A stretch of 64,000 bases of DNA, taken from an uncultured Chloroflexia bacterium (GTDB taxonomy: Bacteria; Chloroflexota; Limnocylindria; Limnocylindrales; CSP1-4). Positions 1 to 10,024 of this stretch are shown here, piece by piece. The position numbers and the translations under genes are program-made. How positions within the stretch are numbered: position 1 is the stretch's first letter; every line of letters starts with the position of its first letter. The notes under the pieces are model-generated. The model saw only the letters and a list, made by a program, of their open reading frames with translations, was not told the origin of the DNA and searched no databases. The DNA lies in contig CAVPPB010000002.1 in NCBI GenBank assembly GCA_963707215.1, positions 96,001 to 160,000 of the forward strand, read 5' to 3'.

Positions 1-412
1 GGTATGCCTCGCGCAGGGCGGCCGATCGATCGGGCACCAGCTGGTAGACGAACGAGGAAACGACGAGATCGAAGCTGCCCGCCGGGTACGGCAGTCGTTC
101 GGCCAGTGCCGCCCGCCACTCGATGCGCGCCAGCGACTCCGGGCGTAGTGCCCCGGTGCTGATGGTCCGGGCGGTCGCCAGCATCCCCGCCGACCCGTCG
201 ACGGCGGTCACCGTGGCGGCAGGCCATCGATCGACCGCCGCCCGGGTCATGGTCCCGGTCCCGACCCCGATGTCGAGGACCCGACGCGGACTCCGATCCC
301 CGAGCTCGGCGGCCAGGGCGTCGAGCATCGCCAGAGCGGTCGGCGCGAGCACCGGGGCCCAGTGCTGGTCGTAGGCGGCGGCATGGCGGTCGTAGCGGGC
401 CGTGATCGTCAT
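1..412 (-). CDS. Class I SAM-dependent methyltransferase (runs off the window start)
   Basis: Manual minus-strand translation MTITARYDRHAAAYDQHW...VLDIGVGTG...VDGSAGML...AERLPYPAGSFDLVVSSF shows motif I and post-II motifs. Alternative ATG at 424. Confidence 0.85.
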   Translation of the reverse strand, partial: MTITARYDRHAAAYDQHWAPVLAPTALAMLDALAAELGDRSPRRVLDIGVGTGTMTRAAVDRWPAATVTAVDGSAGMLATARTISTGALRPESLARIEWRAALAERLPYPAGSFDLVVSSFVYQLVPDRSAALREAY

Positions 413-556
413 CGCAGGGCCCATCCTGCCACCGACGGCCTTCGGTCCGTTCGGCCCGCGACTTCGGTTCCCCAGCCGCTTCGCAGCGGATGGGCCCGCG
501 CCGACCATGGCGGGAAGGTCAGCGGTGATGCGCCGCTCACCCCTGGAGGTCTTCAG

Positions 557-958
557 ATGCAACGGATCCTCGTGGCCTACGACGGCGGAGATCCGGCGAA
601 GCGGGCGCTCGAGACGGCCATCGAGCTCGCCCGTGCGTTCCACGCCACCGTCGACGTCGTCAGCGTCGTTCCCTACCATCCCGGTCGTTCGCCCATCGAC
701 CCCTGGGACGATCGGGAGCTCCACGCCGCCGAGTTGCTCGAAGCCAAGGAGCGCCTCGTCGCGGCCGGCCTGAACCCGCAGCTGTACGAGCCGGCCGGAG
801 ACCCGGCCAAGACGATCGAGCTCATCGCCAGCGAGCACGAGTACGACACCGTCGTCCTCGGCTCGCGCGGCCTCAGTGCCCTCGAGCGGGTGCTCCAGGG
901 CAGCGTCTCCGAGCACGTCGTCACGCACACCAACTCGACGGTCATCGTCACCCACTAG
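557..958 (+). CDS. Universal stress protein (UspA family)
   Basis: MQRILVAYDG...VVLGSRG...GSVSEHVV; GGAGG RBS upstream of ATG 557. Confidence 0.92.
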   Translation: MQRILVAYDGGDPAKRALETAIELARAFHATVDVVSVVPYHPGRSPIDPWDDRELHAAELLEAKERLVAAGLNPQLYEPAGDPAKTIELIASEHEYDTVVLGSRGLSALERVLQGSVSEHVVTHTNSTVIVTH

Positions 959-986
959 CGTCGGCTGCCCGGTCGGCGGCACGAGG

Positions 987-1012
987 GAGCCCGGAGCGAT
1001 CGCTCCGGGCTC
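987..1012. terminator. Inverted repeat, probable bidirectional terminator
   Basis: Perfect palindrome GAGCCCGGAGCGATCGCTCCGGGCTC between convergent genes. Confidence 0.65.
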
Positions 1013-1036
1013 GTCGGTGTGCGGCGGTCGGACCGG

Positions 1037-2035
1037 TCAGTCGGCCGGCGCCGCCGGCAGGGTCGTCGCCGGTGGTGCCGGCGGCGCGCTCGGCGCGCCC
1101 GGTCGCCGGAGGACGCCGCTGCGCCGCACGACGAAGGCGACGAGCACGACGATCACGCCGCCGACGAGCAGGAATGGCAGCCACGCGATGACGAACCAGA
1201 TGGCTGCGGTGGCGAGGCCCTGGAGCGCGCCCACGAGGCTGGCCGCAGCCTCGTCGACGATCGCCGCGGGATCCCAGCCCTTGGCCGTCTGGGCGACGGC
1301 GACGACCTCGACGACGTAGGTCGCGGTCACGGTCGCGAGGTCGGCCTGGTCCTCGACCAGCGCCTTCTGGGCCTCGAGCTGCTCGATCTGCTCCCGGGTC
1401 GCGGTCAGCTCGCGCTGGACCTCGAGCACGTCGGCGATCTTCGTAGCCTGCTCGAGGATGCCGACCAGGGCAGCCTCGCTGGCCCGCAGGTTCCGGATCC
1501 TGGCTTCGAGGTCGACGATCTGGGCAGTGACCTCGACCGACTCCGTCCGCTCGTCCACGACCTCGGAGGCCACGTCGCGGAGGGCCGCCAGCGCGTCCTC
1601 CCAGCGCTCGACGGGCACGCGGTAGGTCACGGTGGCCGAGGCCATCGCTTCGTCGTTGAGCTGGTTCGAGGCGCTGACGTAGCCGCCCAGGGCCGCGATG
1701 CGGGCCTCGGCGGAGCGGACGGCCGGGTCGATGTCGGTCACCCGCAGGGTCAGCCAGCCGGTCCGCACGACCCGGGCATCGTCCCGGGCGATGGTCGCCC
1801 CTCCGCCGCCGAAGTCCCGCGTCCCGTCCGACTCGCCGTTCGCCGGCTCGCCCGGGGCCGGTACCGCCGCGACGTCCGGGTCGATGTAGGAGCCGTCGCC
1901 GACCGCGTTGCCGACGTTCGAGAGGATCTGGCCCTCGCCGCTGCAGGCCGCCAGGAGGACGGCCAGCGTGGCAGCCGCGAGCACGATCCATGGCCTCCCC
2001 GTCCACTTGCCCCGGTGCCACTGCCGTTGGTCCAT
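1037..2035 (-). CDS. DUF4349-family lipoprotein
   Basis: Lipobox LLAAC, VVRTGWLTLRV, 'VTAQIVDLEARIRNL' coiled coil, C-terminal TM helix. Confidence 0.85.
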   Translation of the reverse strand: MDQRQWHRGKWTGRPWIVLAAATLAVLLAACSGEGQILSNVGNAVGDGSYIDPDVAAVPAPGEPANGESDGTRDFGGGGATIARDDARVVRTGWLTLRVTDIDPAVRSAEARIAALGGYVSASNQLNDEAMASATVTYRVPVERWEDALAALRDVASEVVDERTESVEVTAQIVDLEARIRNLRASEAALVGILEQATKIADVLEVQRELTATREQIEQLEAQKALVEDQADLATVTATYVVEVVAVAQTAKGWDPAAIVDEAAASLVGALQGLATAAIWFVIAWLPFLLVGGVIVVLVAFVVRRSGVLRRPGAPSAPPAPPATTLPAAPAD

Positions 2036-2160
2036 GGTGTGCCTCCGCTCGTCTCCCTCGTCGTCTCGGCAGACCGTGCTGTGCCGCCCTGACGTCCCGG
2101 CGCCGGCCTGTGTTCCCCTGGGCAGCCGGGACCGCGCTCATGGGGGGCTACACTCCGGCG

Positions 2161-3257
2161 ATGCGACTGCCGTTCCAGCCGCCGCTCGAGCCGATGCTGG
2201 CAAAGGCCGCCGCGGCGCTGCCCGAGGGCGAAGGCTGGCTGTACGAGCCGAAGTGGGACGGCTTCCGGGCGATCGTCTTCCGGGACGGCGACGAGATCCT
2301 GACCCAGAGCCGGGACCTGAAGCCCCTGGACCGCTACTTCCCGGAGCTGGCCGAGCCGCTGCGGGCCGCCCTGCCGGAGCGGTGCGTCGTGGACGGCGAG
2401 ATCGTGATCGCCCGGGACGGCGCACTGGACTTCGAGGCGCTGTTGCTGCGCATCCACCCCGCCGAGTCGCGCGTCCGGCTGCTGGCTGGCGGAGACGCCG
2501 GCGTCGTTCGTCGCCTGGGACCTGCTGGCGCTCGGCGACGAGGACCTGCGGGCCGTCCCGCAGGGCGAGCGCCGCGCGCGGCTGGAGACGGTCCTGGGCG
2601 CCGCCGCGCCACCGGTCCATCTCACCCCGGCGACGGTCGATCGAGCGCCTCGCCGCCGACTGGTTCGAGCGGTTCGAGGGCGCCGGGCTGGACGGGGTCG
2701 TGGCCAAGCGGCTGGACGCGGGCCTACCAGCCGGGCAAGCGGGCGATGCTCAAGGTCAAGCACGCCCGAACGGCCGACTGCGTCGTGGCCGGTTTCCGGT
2801 GGCACAAGAACGGACCGGGGACCCACGTCGGGTCGCTGCTGCTGGGCCTCTATCGACGACGACGGCCAGCTCCACCACGTCGGCGTCACCTCGTCGTTCA
2901 CCTGGGAGCGGCGGGCCGAGCTGGTCGGCGAGCTGGCGCCGCTGCGCGAGCGGCGCGATCGACGACCATCCGTGGGCGGAGTGGGCCGAGTGGGCCGGCT
3001 CCGGCACCGCCGACGCATCGGGGCAGCGCCTGCCGGGTGCGACGAGCCGCTGGAACCGGGGAAAGGACCTCTCCTGGGAGCCGCTCCGGATCGAGCGGGT
3101 CTGCGAGGTCGCCTACGATCACCTCCAGGGCGACCGCTTCCGCCACGCCACCACGTTCCGGCGCTGGCGGCCCGACAAGCCGCCGAGCGACTGCCGCTAC
3201 GACCAGCTGGAGGTGACGCCGGCCTTCGAGCTTGCCCGGATCTTCGGCGGCGGCTAG
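2161..3257 (+). CDS. ligC: ATP-dependent DNA ligase LigC (multiple frameshifts)
   Basis: EPMLAK, YEPKWDGFRA (motif I), DGVVAK, LKVKHARTADCVVAGFR and EVAYDHLQGDRFRH are spread over different frames. Confidence 0.88.
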
Positions 3258-3263
3258 CGCCGG

Positions 3264-4250
3264 CTACGGCGACCCGGCTCGATCGAGGCTGCTGGGCGTC
3301 CAGGAGACCGTGATCTCGACCGGTCGGTCCCAGGCCGCCCGCAGCTCGGCGGCCAGCTCGGCGGCTGCCGCCGGTTCGTCGGGTCCGACGATGTCGAGGC
3401 GGAGCGTCGTCCCCTCGAGGTCGTAGGTCGTCACCTCCAGGTCCCGCTCCCCGATCCACGCCCGGACGATCGGCACGGCCTCCTGGGCCAGGAGCGCCTC
3501 GACCACCTGCTCCGCCGACCGCCAGGCCAGCGGGATGGTGATGACCGCGAGCGCGATCATCGCCACGATGAAGCCGTTGCGGAGTCGGCGTCGTTCGCGC
3601 AGCTGGGTCGGCGTGGGGGTCGCCCGGAAGGCGATGAAGACGATCGAGGCGGCGACGACGATGGCCGCCAGGTTCGTCAGGAAGAGGACGGTCGCGCCGG
3701 CCGCGTCATCCCATCGCCCGAGCTCGATGCAGATCCCGATGGTCGCCAGTGGAGGGACAAGCGAGACGGCGATGGCGACACCGGGGAGGGCGTCGGTGCC
3801 CGTCCGCCGGACGGCGACGTAGGCGCCGGCGGCGCCGGCGGCCAGGGCCACGCCGAGGTCCAGGAGCCCGGGCGCCGTCCGGGCATCGATCGATGGCGTC
3901 AGGACCAGTGGGTCCGGCATGATCGCCGAGACGATGATGCCGATGGCGACGACCCAGATCGAGCCGAGCGCGACCTGGGCGATGGTGATCGGCTGCCAGC
4001 GGGTCCGCCCGGTCACCAGCGCCGCCGCGATCGCCATGATCGCCCCGCCCAGGGGTGCCACGACCATCGCGCCGATGATCGAGGCGACGGAATCCTGGTA
4101 GAGCCCGAAGGCGGCGATGAAGCCCGCCAGGGTGAGCAGGACGGCGAAGGTCTGGACAGAGCGCCGGAAGGCGGGCCCCTCCGGGAAGAGATCGTCGAGC
4201 ACGGCGGGCCCGAGCGACATCCGGGCGTCGGGCAGCTTCGGCTGGGTCAT
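3264..4250 (-). CDS. DUF389 membrane protein
   Basis: IIGAMVVAPL, LDLGVALAAGAAG and LPGVAIAVSLVPPL motifs. Confidence 0.88.
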   Translation of the reverse strand: MTQPKLPDARMSLGPAVLDDLFPEGPAFRRSVQTFAVLLTLAGFIAAFGLYQDSVASIIGAMVVAPLGGAIMAIAAALVTGRTRWQPITIAQVALGSIWVVAIGIIVSAIMPDPLVLTPSIDARTAPGLLDLGVALAAGAAGAYVAVRRTGTDALPGVAIAVSLVPPLATIGICIELGRWDDAAGATVLFLTNLAAIVVAASIVFIAFRATPTPTQLRERRRLRNGFIVAMIALAVITIPLAWRSAEQVVEALLAQEAVPIVRAWIGERDLEVTTYDLEGTTLRLDIVGPDEPAAAAELAAELRAAWDRPVEITVSWTPSSLDRAGSP

Positions 4251-4497
4251 CGGATCAGGTCCCCAAGGGCGCTGCTGCGGTCCCATCGATCCGTGCCCGT
4301 CGCCGGAGCGGACTCTAGCGCCCAGCGGGGCGCGCGGTGGGGACTTCGCGCAGGTTCGGCCCGGTCGCCGTCCTGCCCGCCGAGCGGTCGCCGGCGCCGA
4401 CGTCGTCCAGGGACGATACTGATCGGGTCCCCCGCGCCGGGATCCATCGTCCGGGCGTCCGGAGCCCCCGCCGGGGCCTCACCACAGGAGATCGATC

Positions 4498-4992
4498 GTG
4501 AGCATCGGACCCATCCAGACCGTCGTCATCGGCTTCCCGACGACTGACCGCTTCGAAGGCCGTATCGCGGAGGAGCTGGGGCTCCTGAGCGACATCGGGC
4601 TCATCCGGATCATCAACGCCGTCTTCGTCACCCGGCAGGATGACGAGGCTGTGCTCCTGCAGGTCTCCGACCTCGATGACGAGCAGCGCGAGATGCTCGG
4701 GGCGGCGGTCGGGGCCGTGGTCGGCCTGGTGGCCGGCGGCGAGGAGGGTGCCGAGGTCGGCGCGGTGGCCGGCGCCATGGCGACCGAGGGCACCGGGGTC
4801 GCCGGGGCCCTGGCCGAGGACATCCTCGACGAGCTGCCGGACGGGACCGCCGCCCTCGTGCTGGTGGTCGAGCATCGCTGGCTCATCCCGCTCCGGGATG
4901 CGGTCCGGGATGCGGGCGGCGTCGTCCTCGCCCGGCAGACGGTCGGCCTCGAGGAGCTCGCGGCCCTGGGTGTCGCCCTCTCCGAGGACTGA
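4498..4992 (+). CDS. DUF1269/DUF6325-like protein with internal glycine zipper
   Basis: GPIQTVVIGFP...GLIRII...GAAVGAVVGLVAGG...LPDGTAALVLVVEHRW. Confidence 0.75.
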   Translation: MSIGPIQTVVIGFPTTDRFEGRIAEELGLLSDIGLIRIINAVFVTRQDDEAVLLQVSDLDDEQREMLGAAVGAVVGLVAGGEEGAEVGAVAGAMATEGTGVAGALAEDILDELPDGTAALVLVVEHRWLIPLRDAVRDAGGVVLARQTVGLEELAALGVALSED

Positions 4993-5037
4993 CGCTCCGA
5001 TGGTCCCGTGGCCGGCTCTCGATCCGGGGCCGGCCGC

Positions 5038-5463
5038 CTAGCGCCGTCGGGGATCGGTGAACCCGGCGTCCCGTGCGTCGACCAGCTCGATCCGGTTGCC
5101 GAACGGATCGTCGACGTAGCACCGTCGGATCGCCAACCCGCTCTCGTCGTCGTGGACGGGATAGCCGGCTGCCTGGACGGCCCGGCAGGCTCGCTCGAGG
5201 TCGGCGACCAGCAGGGCCGGGTGCGCCCTGCGACCCGCCCGGAACGGCGTCTCGACCCCCAGGTGGATGGTCACCCCCGGGCCCAGGAACCAGCAGCCGC
5301 CCCGGATCTTGAGGGCACGCGGCTTGGCGACCGGCCGCAGGCCCAGTAGTTCGCCGTAGAAGAGGCGGGCGAGCGCCTCCTCGCCCTTCGGCATCGCGAG
5401 CTGGACATGATCCAGGCCGACGACCTCGATCGCCGGCGTCCGGCGTGGTGCGCCGCTACTCAT
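5038..5463 (-). CDS. VOC/glyoxalase family protein
   Basis: LDHVQLAMP...FYG...IHLGVE...AHPALLV...DPFGNRIEL. Confidence 0.88.
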   Translation of the reverse strand: MSSGAPRRTPAIEVVGLDHVQLAMPKGEEALARLFYGELLGLRPVAKPRALKIRGGCWFLGPGVTIHLGVETPFRAGRRAHPALLVADLERACRAVQAAGYPVHDDESGLAIRRCYVDDPFGNRIELVDARDAGFTDPRRR

Positions 5464-5588
5464 CGAGCCTCCCGCACGGTCGTCGCTCGCCCCTTTGCCA
5501 TCTCGCGTCACGGTTCACCCCTGCCCGACCGGCGATCCCGTCGGGGATGCGTGCTCGACGAGCATCGTAGTCCCTGGCGTGCCCGCGT

Positions 5589-7250
5589 TCACCCGTCTCG
5601 AGCGGCCCGGACCGCGTCGATCGTCCGCCGGTACGTGCCGGCGACCGCCGCGGCGGCACCGGTCCGCTCCAGGACCGCGGCCACCTCCGGGTGGACCCGG
5701 GCGAGGTAGAGCGCGACCCCTTGCTGGTCGAGTCGCCCGGCCAGCTGGGCGATCATGTCCGCGCCGGGAACGTCGAGGCTGACGGTCGCCTCGATGTCGA
5801 TGACCACGGCGTGCACGTCCGTGTCGCCCTGGGCCAGCGCCGCGAGCGACGCGAGCAGGGTGTCGGCGTTGGCGAAGAACAGCGGCTCCTCGAGACGCAG
5901 GATCACGATCCCGGAGGGGATCCCGGCATCGGGCTCCTCGGCTGCTTCGACGAGCGTGTCGCCGATCACGGCCAGCGGGGTCAGACGTGCCGAGCTGGCC
6001 CGCCAGATGACCAGCGCCAGCGACAGGGCGACCGCGAGGAGGAGGCCCGGCAGGACGTCGAGCACGAGGACCCCGACGAGGGCGACCATCGCCAGCCAGA
6101 AGTCGGCAGGGCCCACGTGCCAGAGCCGCCGGAGCGTGGCCAGCTTGAACATCGAGGCGACCGCCACGACGACGATCGCCCCCAGGACGGCCTCCGGCAG
6201 CGGCTCGAACAGCGGCGTCAGGAAGAGCGCGACGGCGATCGTGATGCCGGCGGCGACGACGCCGGCGAGCTGGGTCTGCATCCCGGCGTGCTGGGCGGCA
6301 GCGGTCTTCGACAGGCTGCCGCCGATCGGGAAGCCCTGGAAGACGCCCGCGCCGACGTTGGCCGTGCCCAGGCCGATCAGCTCTTGGTTCGCATCGACCT
6401 GCTCGTTGTGCTCCCGGGCCAGCTCGCGCGCCGGTCCGTAGGCCTCGGCGAAGGTGAGCAGGGTGAGCCCGACGGCACCCGAGAGGAGCAGGGCGAGGTC
6501 GTCGAGCCGGATCTCGGGCAGCCTGGGGCCCGCCAGCCCGGACGGCAGGTCCCCGACCACCTCGACCCCGCGGGCTTCGAGCCCGAGGATCACCGAGGCT
6601 GCGATCCCGAGCACGAGGGCGACCAGCGGTCCGGGGATCCGCTCGTCGAGCCGCTCGAGCCCGACCATCAGCCCGATGGCGAGCAGACCGACCAGGGTCG
6701 TCGGCAGGTGAGCCTCGGGCAGCTCCTGGACGATCGTCGCGATCTGGACGAAGAAGTCTCCGCCCGACCCCTCGATCCCCAGGATCTTCGGCACCTGGCG
6801 GACCGAGATGACGAGGGCGAGTCCCGACACGAAGCCGGCCAGGACCGAGGCCGAGAAGAACTGGGCCAGCCGACCGGCCCGGGCGAGGCCCGCGAGGATC
6901 GAGACGAGCCCGGCGAGGATCGCGAGCGCGGACGTGAGGGTGACGTACTCGAGGGTGCCCTGGGGGACGAGCGCGCCGATCGTCGCCGCGGAGAAGACCG
7001 CCTGGGTGGAGCTGACGACGACGACCAGCCGTCTCGACGAGCCGAAGATCGCGTACAGGAGCAGCGCGGGTGGCGCTGCGTAGAAGGCGGCCTCCGGGCT
7101 GACCCCGGCGAGCTGGGCGTAGGCCATCCCCTCGGGCACGAGGAGGGCCGTGATCGTGATCCCGGCGAGGGCGTCCCGAACGAGCCAGCCGCGTCGATAC
7201 CCGGGCAGCCAGCCGAGGATGGGGACGAGCGTCCGGAGCGTGGTCAGCAT
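5589..7250 (-). CDS. SulP (SLC26) anion transporter with STAS domain
   Basis: DALAGIT...VPEGMAYAQLAG, DANQELIGLG, GSLSKT, PLFFANA STAS. Confidence 0.93.
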   Translation of the reverse strand: MLTTLRTLVPILGWLPGYRRGWLVRDALAGITITALLVPEGMAYAQLAGVSPEAAFYAAPPALLLYAIFGSSRRLVVVVSSTQAVFSAATIGALVPQGTLEYVTLTSALAILAGLVSILAGLARAGRLAQFFSASVLAGFVSGLALVISVRQVPKILGIEGSGGDFFVQIATIVQELPEAHLPTTLVGLLAIGLMVGLERLDERIPGPLVALVLGIAASVILGLEARGVEVVGDLPSGLAGPRLPEIRLDDLALLLSGAVGLTLLTFAEAYGPARELAREHNEQVDANQELIGLGTANVGAGVFQGFPIGGSLSKTAAAQHAGMQTQLAGVVAAGITIAVALFLTPLFEPLPEAVLGAIVVVAVASMFKLATLRRLWHVGPADFWLAMVALVGVLVLDVLPGLLLAVALSLALVIWRASSARLTPLAVIGDTLVEAAEEPDAGIPSGIVILRLEEPLFFANADTLLASLAALAQGDTDVHAVVIDIEATVSLDVPGADMIAQLAGRLDQQGVALYLARVHPEVAAVLERTGAAAAVAGTYRRTIDAVRAARDG

Positions 7251-7388
7251 CGGCGGATCACCACGCATCCATCATGCCAGTCGCCAGCGACCCGGCTGGG
7301 CTCCTTGCACCGCATGGGTCTCGCAGAGCCCGGTCAGCGGCAGAGGCGGTCCAGGGTCAACGCGCGGTCGACTCCCGGTCGGCGGCGA

Positions 7389-7595
7389 CTAGAACCGGCG
7401 ACGTCCCGGCGTGACGGCCGCGCCCACGACGGCGGCCTTGGCGACCGGCGACGGGCCTGGCTTCACGGCCGCGCCCACGACGGCGGCCTTGGCGACCGGC
7501 GACGGGCCTGGCTTCACGGCCGCGCCCACGACGGCGGCCTTGGCGACCGGCGCACCGATCACCCCTACTCCTCGACGACCGGGTCCGAGCGGCAT
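7389..7595 (-). CDS. 68-aa basic Ala/Val-rich repeat peptide, (PVAKAAVVGAAV)x3
   Basis: ATG 1 nt after the stop of the upstream DUF6325 gene, with GGAG RBS (gcacaaggagcctgacATG on the minus strand); repeat unit is a multiple of 3. Confidence 0.7.
   Translation of the reverse strand: MPLGPGRRGVGVIGAPVAKAAVVGAAVKPGPSPVAKAAVVGAAVKPGPSPVAKAAVVGAAVTPGRRRF
7414..7552. repeat. 51-bp tandem repeat, ~2.7 copies
   Basis: Unit ACGGCCGCGCCCACGACGGCGGCCTTGGCGACCGGCGACGGGCCTGGCTTC. Confidence 0.95.
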
Positions 7596-7596
7596 G

Positions 7597-8055
7597 TCAG
7601 GCTCCTTGTGCTTCGAGCGCGGCGTCGGCCTCGACGGCGGCGATGAGGGCCTGGATCGGGATCCGGCCGTTGGCGATCAGCTGACCACCCGCTCGGCGCA
7701 TCGCCGATGCGAATGGCGCAGCCCACAGGTTCTCGTAGACGAGGACGCCGGCAACGCTGCCGGGATCCATCGCGGCCGCAAGGTGATCGACATCCTCTTC
7801 GGCCAGCGTCTGGACGAGCTCGGTCTCGATCCGCGCGAGCTCACCGAGCTCGTCGAGATCACCCAGCTCCTGGGCCATGACCGTCCCGTCCTCCCCCTTC
7901 TGGAGGATGAGCAGGTCCATGAGTCGGATGATCCCGGCATCGTGGAGACGGAGGAGCTGGGCGGCGCCTTCGCCGGTGAAGTTCTGCTGCCCTGCTGGGA
8001 ACTCGACGATCAGGTAGTCGACGGGCCCGAGCTCGTCGAGCGATCTGTCTGTCAT
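7597..8055 (-). CDS. DUF6325-family protein
   Basis: MTDRSLDELGPVDYLIVEFP...GIIRLMDL...VLVYENLWAAPFASAMRRAGGQLIANGRIP. Confidence 0.85.
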   Translation of the reverse strand: MTDRSLDELGPVDYLIVEFPAGQQNFTGEGAAQLLRLHDAGIIRLMDLLILQKGEDGTVMAQELGDLDELGELARIETELVQTLAEEDVDHLAAAMDPGSVAGVLVYENLWAAPFASAMRRAGGQLIANGRIPIQALIAAVEADAALEAQGA

Positions 8056-8165
8056 GACTCCTCCACTTCGGTGGTTCGAAGAACGAGCCTCGCCGACGTC
8101 GTGGTCGAGGCGGCACAGTTGGTCCCCGAGCCTCTCAGAGGGTGCTCCCATACGAGCCCACCCGC

Positions 8166-8182
8166 CTCCCCCCATCGGGAGG
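8166..8182. promoter_or_regulatory. Putative MalT/LuxR operator, copy 1
   Basis: cTCCcCCcatcgGGaGGA matches TCC-N-CC-N5-GG-N-GGA. Confidence 0.5.
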
Positions 8183-8261
8183 ACTCGGCCCGCGGACGCC
8201 ACCCCGCTCGCGGGTCCGGTGTGGCGTCTGCGGGTGCCGTGGCCGCCCGAGCCATCGCAGC

Positions 8262-8281
8262 GTCCACCCGCGCGGGGGATG
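8262..8281. promoter_or_regulatory. Putative MalT/LuxR operator, copy 2
   Basis: gTCCaCCcgcgcGGgGGAtg, upstream of the DszB-like gene. Confidence 0.55.
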
Positions 8282-8377
8282 ACCGTGGGCGTGCCGGGAT
8301 GGTGTGATTGGACTGACGACGTACCAGGCGGTGTCCTGGTCGCGAGAACCGGGCGCATCCGGGCAAGGAGCACGAAC

Positions 8378-9544
8378 ATGACCGAGGTCCAGAGAGTCTC
8401 CACCACGGTGCCGCTGAACTGGAACGAGGTCTGGTTCACCAATTGCCCCATGGTGTCCGCCAACAACGTTGACCAGGAGCTCGGCTGGTGCCGCGAGGAG
8501 TTCAAGAAGATCGGCGTCGAGTACGCCTACTTCCGCCACGCACCCGAGAACAACTGGTACCCGCACTACATCCACAACCTCGACAACCTCATCCGCTTCG
8601 GCGGCCTGTACCCGCCGATCCACGTGAACGCCGACCTCCGCCGCACCGTGCTGCTGGGAGCGACCTGGGTCTATGAAGGCGGCTGCATGGCGGTCCGCGC
8701 CCGTGACGACGTCTTCAAGATGGCGGACCTCAAGGGCAAGAAGATCGGCATCAGCAAGAGCCTGAACACCATCAAGAACGACTGGTGGCGGATCCAGGAG
8801 CACATGGGCATCCTGAACATGCTCAAACTCCACGACATGACGATGGACGACATCGAGCTCGTCGAGTTCCCGTACCCCGACGACTGGTACGACAAGCCCG
8901 AGATGCTCATCCCGCCGATGAACAACCCGTCCGAGCTGTGGATGCGGCGCGACCACAAGCACGACCTCGCCTTCCGCCCGCTCGAGAAGGCGCTGCTCGG
9001 CGGCGTCGTCGACGCCATCTACACCCAGAGCAAGCCCTTCCAGCATCTCCAGGAGGCCACGGGCCAGCTCAAGATGATCGAGGACCTGTCCCGGTACCCC
9101 GACTGGACCATCCAGGTCGCCAACACCCCCGCGGTGATCACATGCACCAGGGAGATGGCCGACGAGCATCCCGAGCTCGTCATCGCCTACATGAAGGCCA
9201 TGGTCAAGGTCGGGCGCTGGGCCAATGAGCACAAGCGCGCCGCCGGCGCGATCCTCAACCGCCAGACGTTCTATCTGGATGCCGAGGATACGTACCAGGG
9301 CATCAAGCACGTCGACATGGTGCCGAGCCTGAGTGCGATGAACATGCAGACGATCAAGATCGGCAAGGACTTCATGTTCAGCCACGGCTACATCAAGAAC
9401 GACTTCGACGTGGATGAGTGGGCCCGCCCGGAGTTCCTGGAAAGGGCGTTCGAGGAAGTCCTCAAGGAGGAGTGGGAGCGCCGGAGCTGGAGCAAGCTTC
9501 CCGAGGGCGGCGGGCTCGAGGCCGAAGGCGTGCGACTGGGCTGA
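8378..9544 (+). CDS. DszB-like (desulfinase-type, SsuA/THI5 fold) cytoplasmic protein
   Basis: TNCP (C23), H63, R73-FGGLYPP, DLKGKKIG; no signal peptide; AAGGAG RBS. Confidence 0.75.
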   Translation: MTEVQRVSTTVPLNWNEVWFTNCPMVSANNVDQELGWCREEFKKIGVEYAYFRHAPENNWYPHYIHNLDNLIRFGGLYPPIHVNADLRRTVLLGATWVYEGGCMAVRARDDVFKMADLKGKKIGISKSLNTIKNDWWRIQEHMGILNMLKLHDMTMDDIELVEFPYPDDWYDKPEMLIPPMNNPSELWMRRDHKHDLAFRPLEKALLGGVVDAIYTQSKPFQHLQEATGQLKMIEDLSRYPDWTIQVANTPAVITCTREMADEHPELVIAYMKAMVKVGRWANEHKRAAGAILNRQTFYLDAEDTYQGIKHVDMVPSLSAMNMQTIKIGKDFMFSHGYIKNDFDVDEWARPEFLERAFEEVLKEEWERRSWSKLPEGGGLEAEGVRLG

Positions 9545-9586
9545 GCCGGCAGGCATCGATCGTGTGCCCCCCCAGGGGCGTACGCG

Positions 9587-10024
9587 GTGAACCTCTGGTC
9601 GCTCGCGGCTCTCGGCTGGACGGCGCGTAGCTGTCTGGACGCGCAGCTCTACTACGCGAACGCCCTCACGGTGCGTGACGAGATCATGGGTCTGGTCGCG
9701 GATCCGGACACGCCGGTCAGGGCCATCCTCATCGACGCCGCGGCCCAGGCTGGCCTGGACATCACGGGCTCGGACATGCTGAAGGGCCTCGTCAGCCGGT
9801 TGCGCAAGCGAGGTATCGATGTGGACTTCGCCGATGTCCGCCAGCCGGTCCTGGGGTTTGCGGCTCGGACGAACCTGCTTGAGCTGATCGGGGAGGACCA
9901 CCTGTTCCCGACCATCCAAGCCGCCGTCGACCGGATCGAAGCACCGTCTCGGACCGGTCAAGCAACCACCACCCGATCCAGCACCGAGAGGCCCGCGCCG
10001 ACACAGGAAGGGAGTCATCGATGA
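9587..10024 (+). CDS. Stand-alone STAS domain protein (resembles a SulP C-terminus)
   Basis: LDAQLYYANA...ILIDAAAQAGLDITGSDML...LFPTIQAAV; start uncertain. Confidence 0.72.
   Translation: MNLWSLAALGWTARSCLDAQLYYANALTVRDEIMGLVADPDTPVRAILIDAAAQAGLDITGSDMLKGLVSRLRKRGIDVDFADVRQPVLGFAARTNLLELIGEDHLFPTIQAAVDRIEAPSRTGQATTTRSSTERPAPTQEGSHR

Noticed and set aside
7414-7552. 51-bp repeats as a CRISPR array
   Set aside because: Units are contiguous and identical with no unique spacers, the length is a multiple of 3 inside an ORF, and there are no cas genes.
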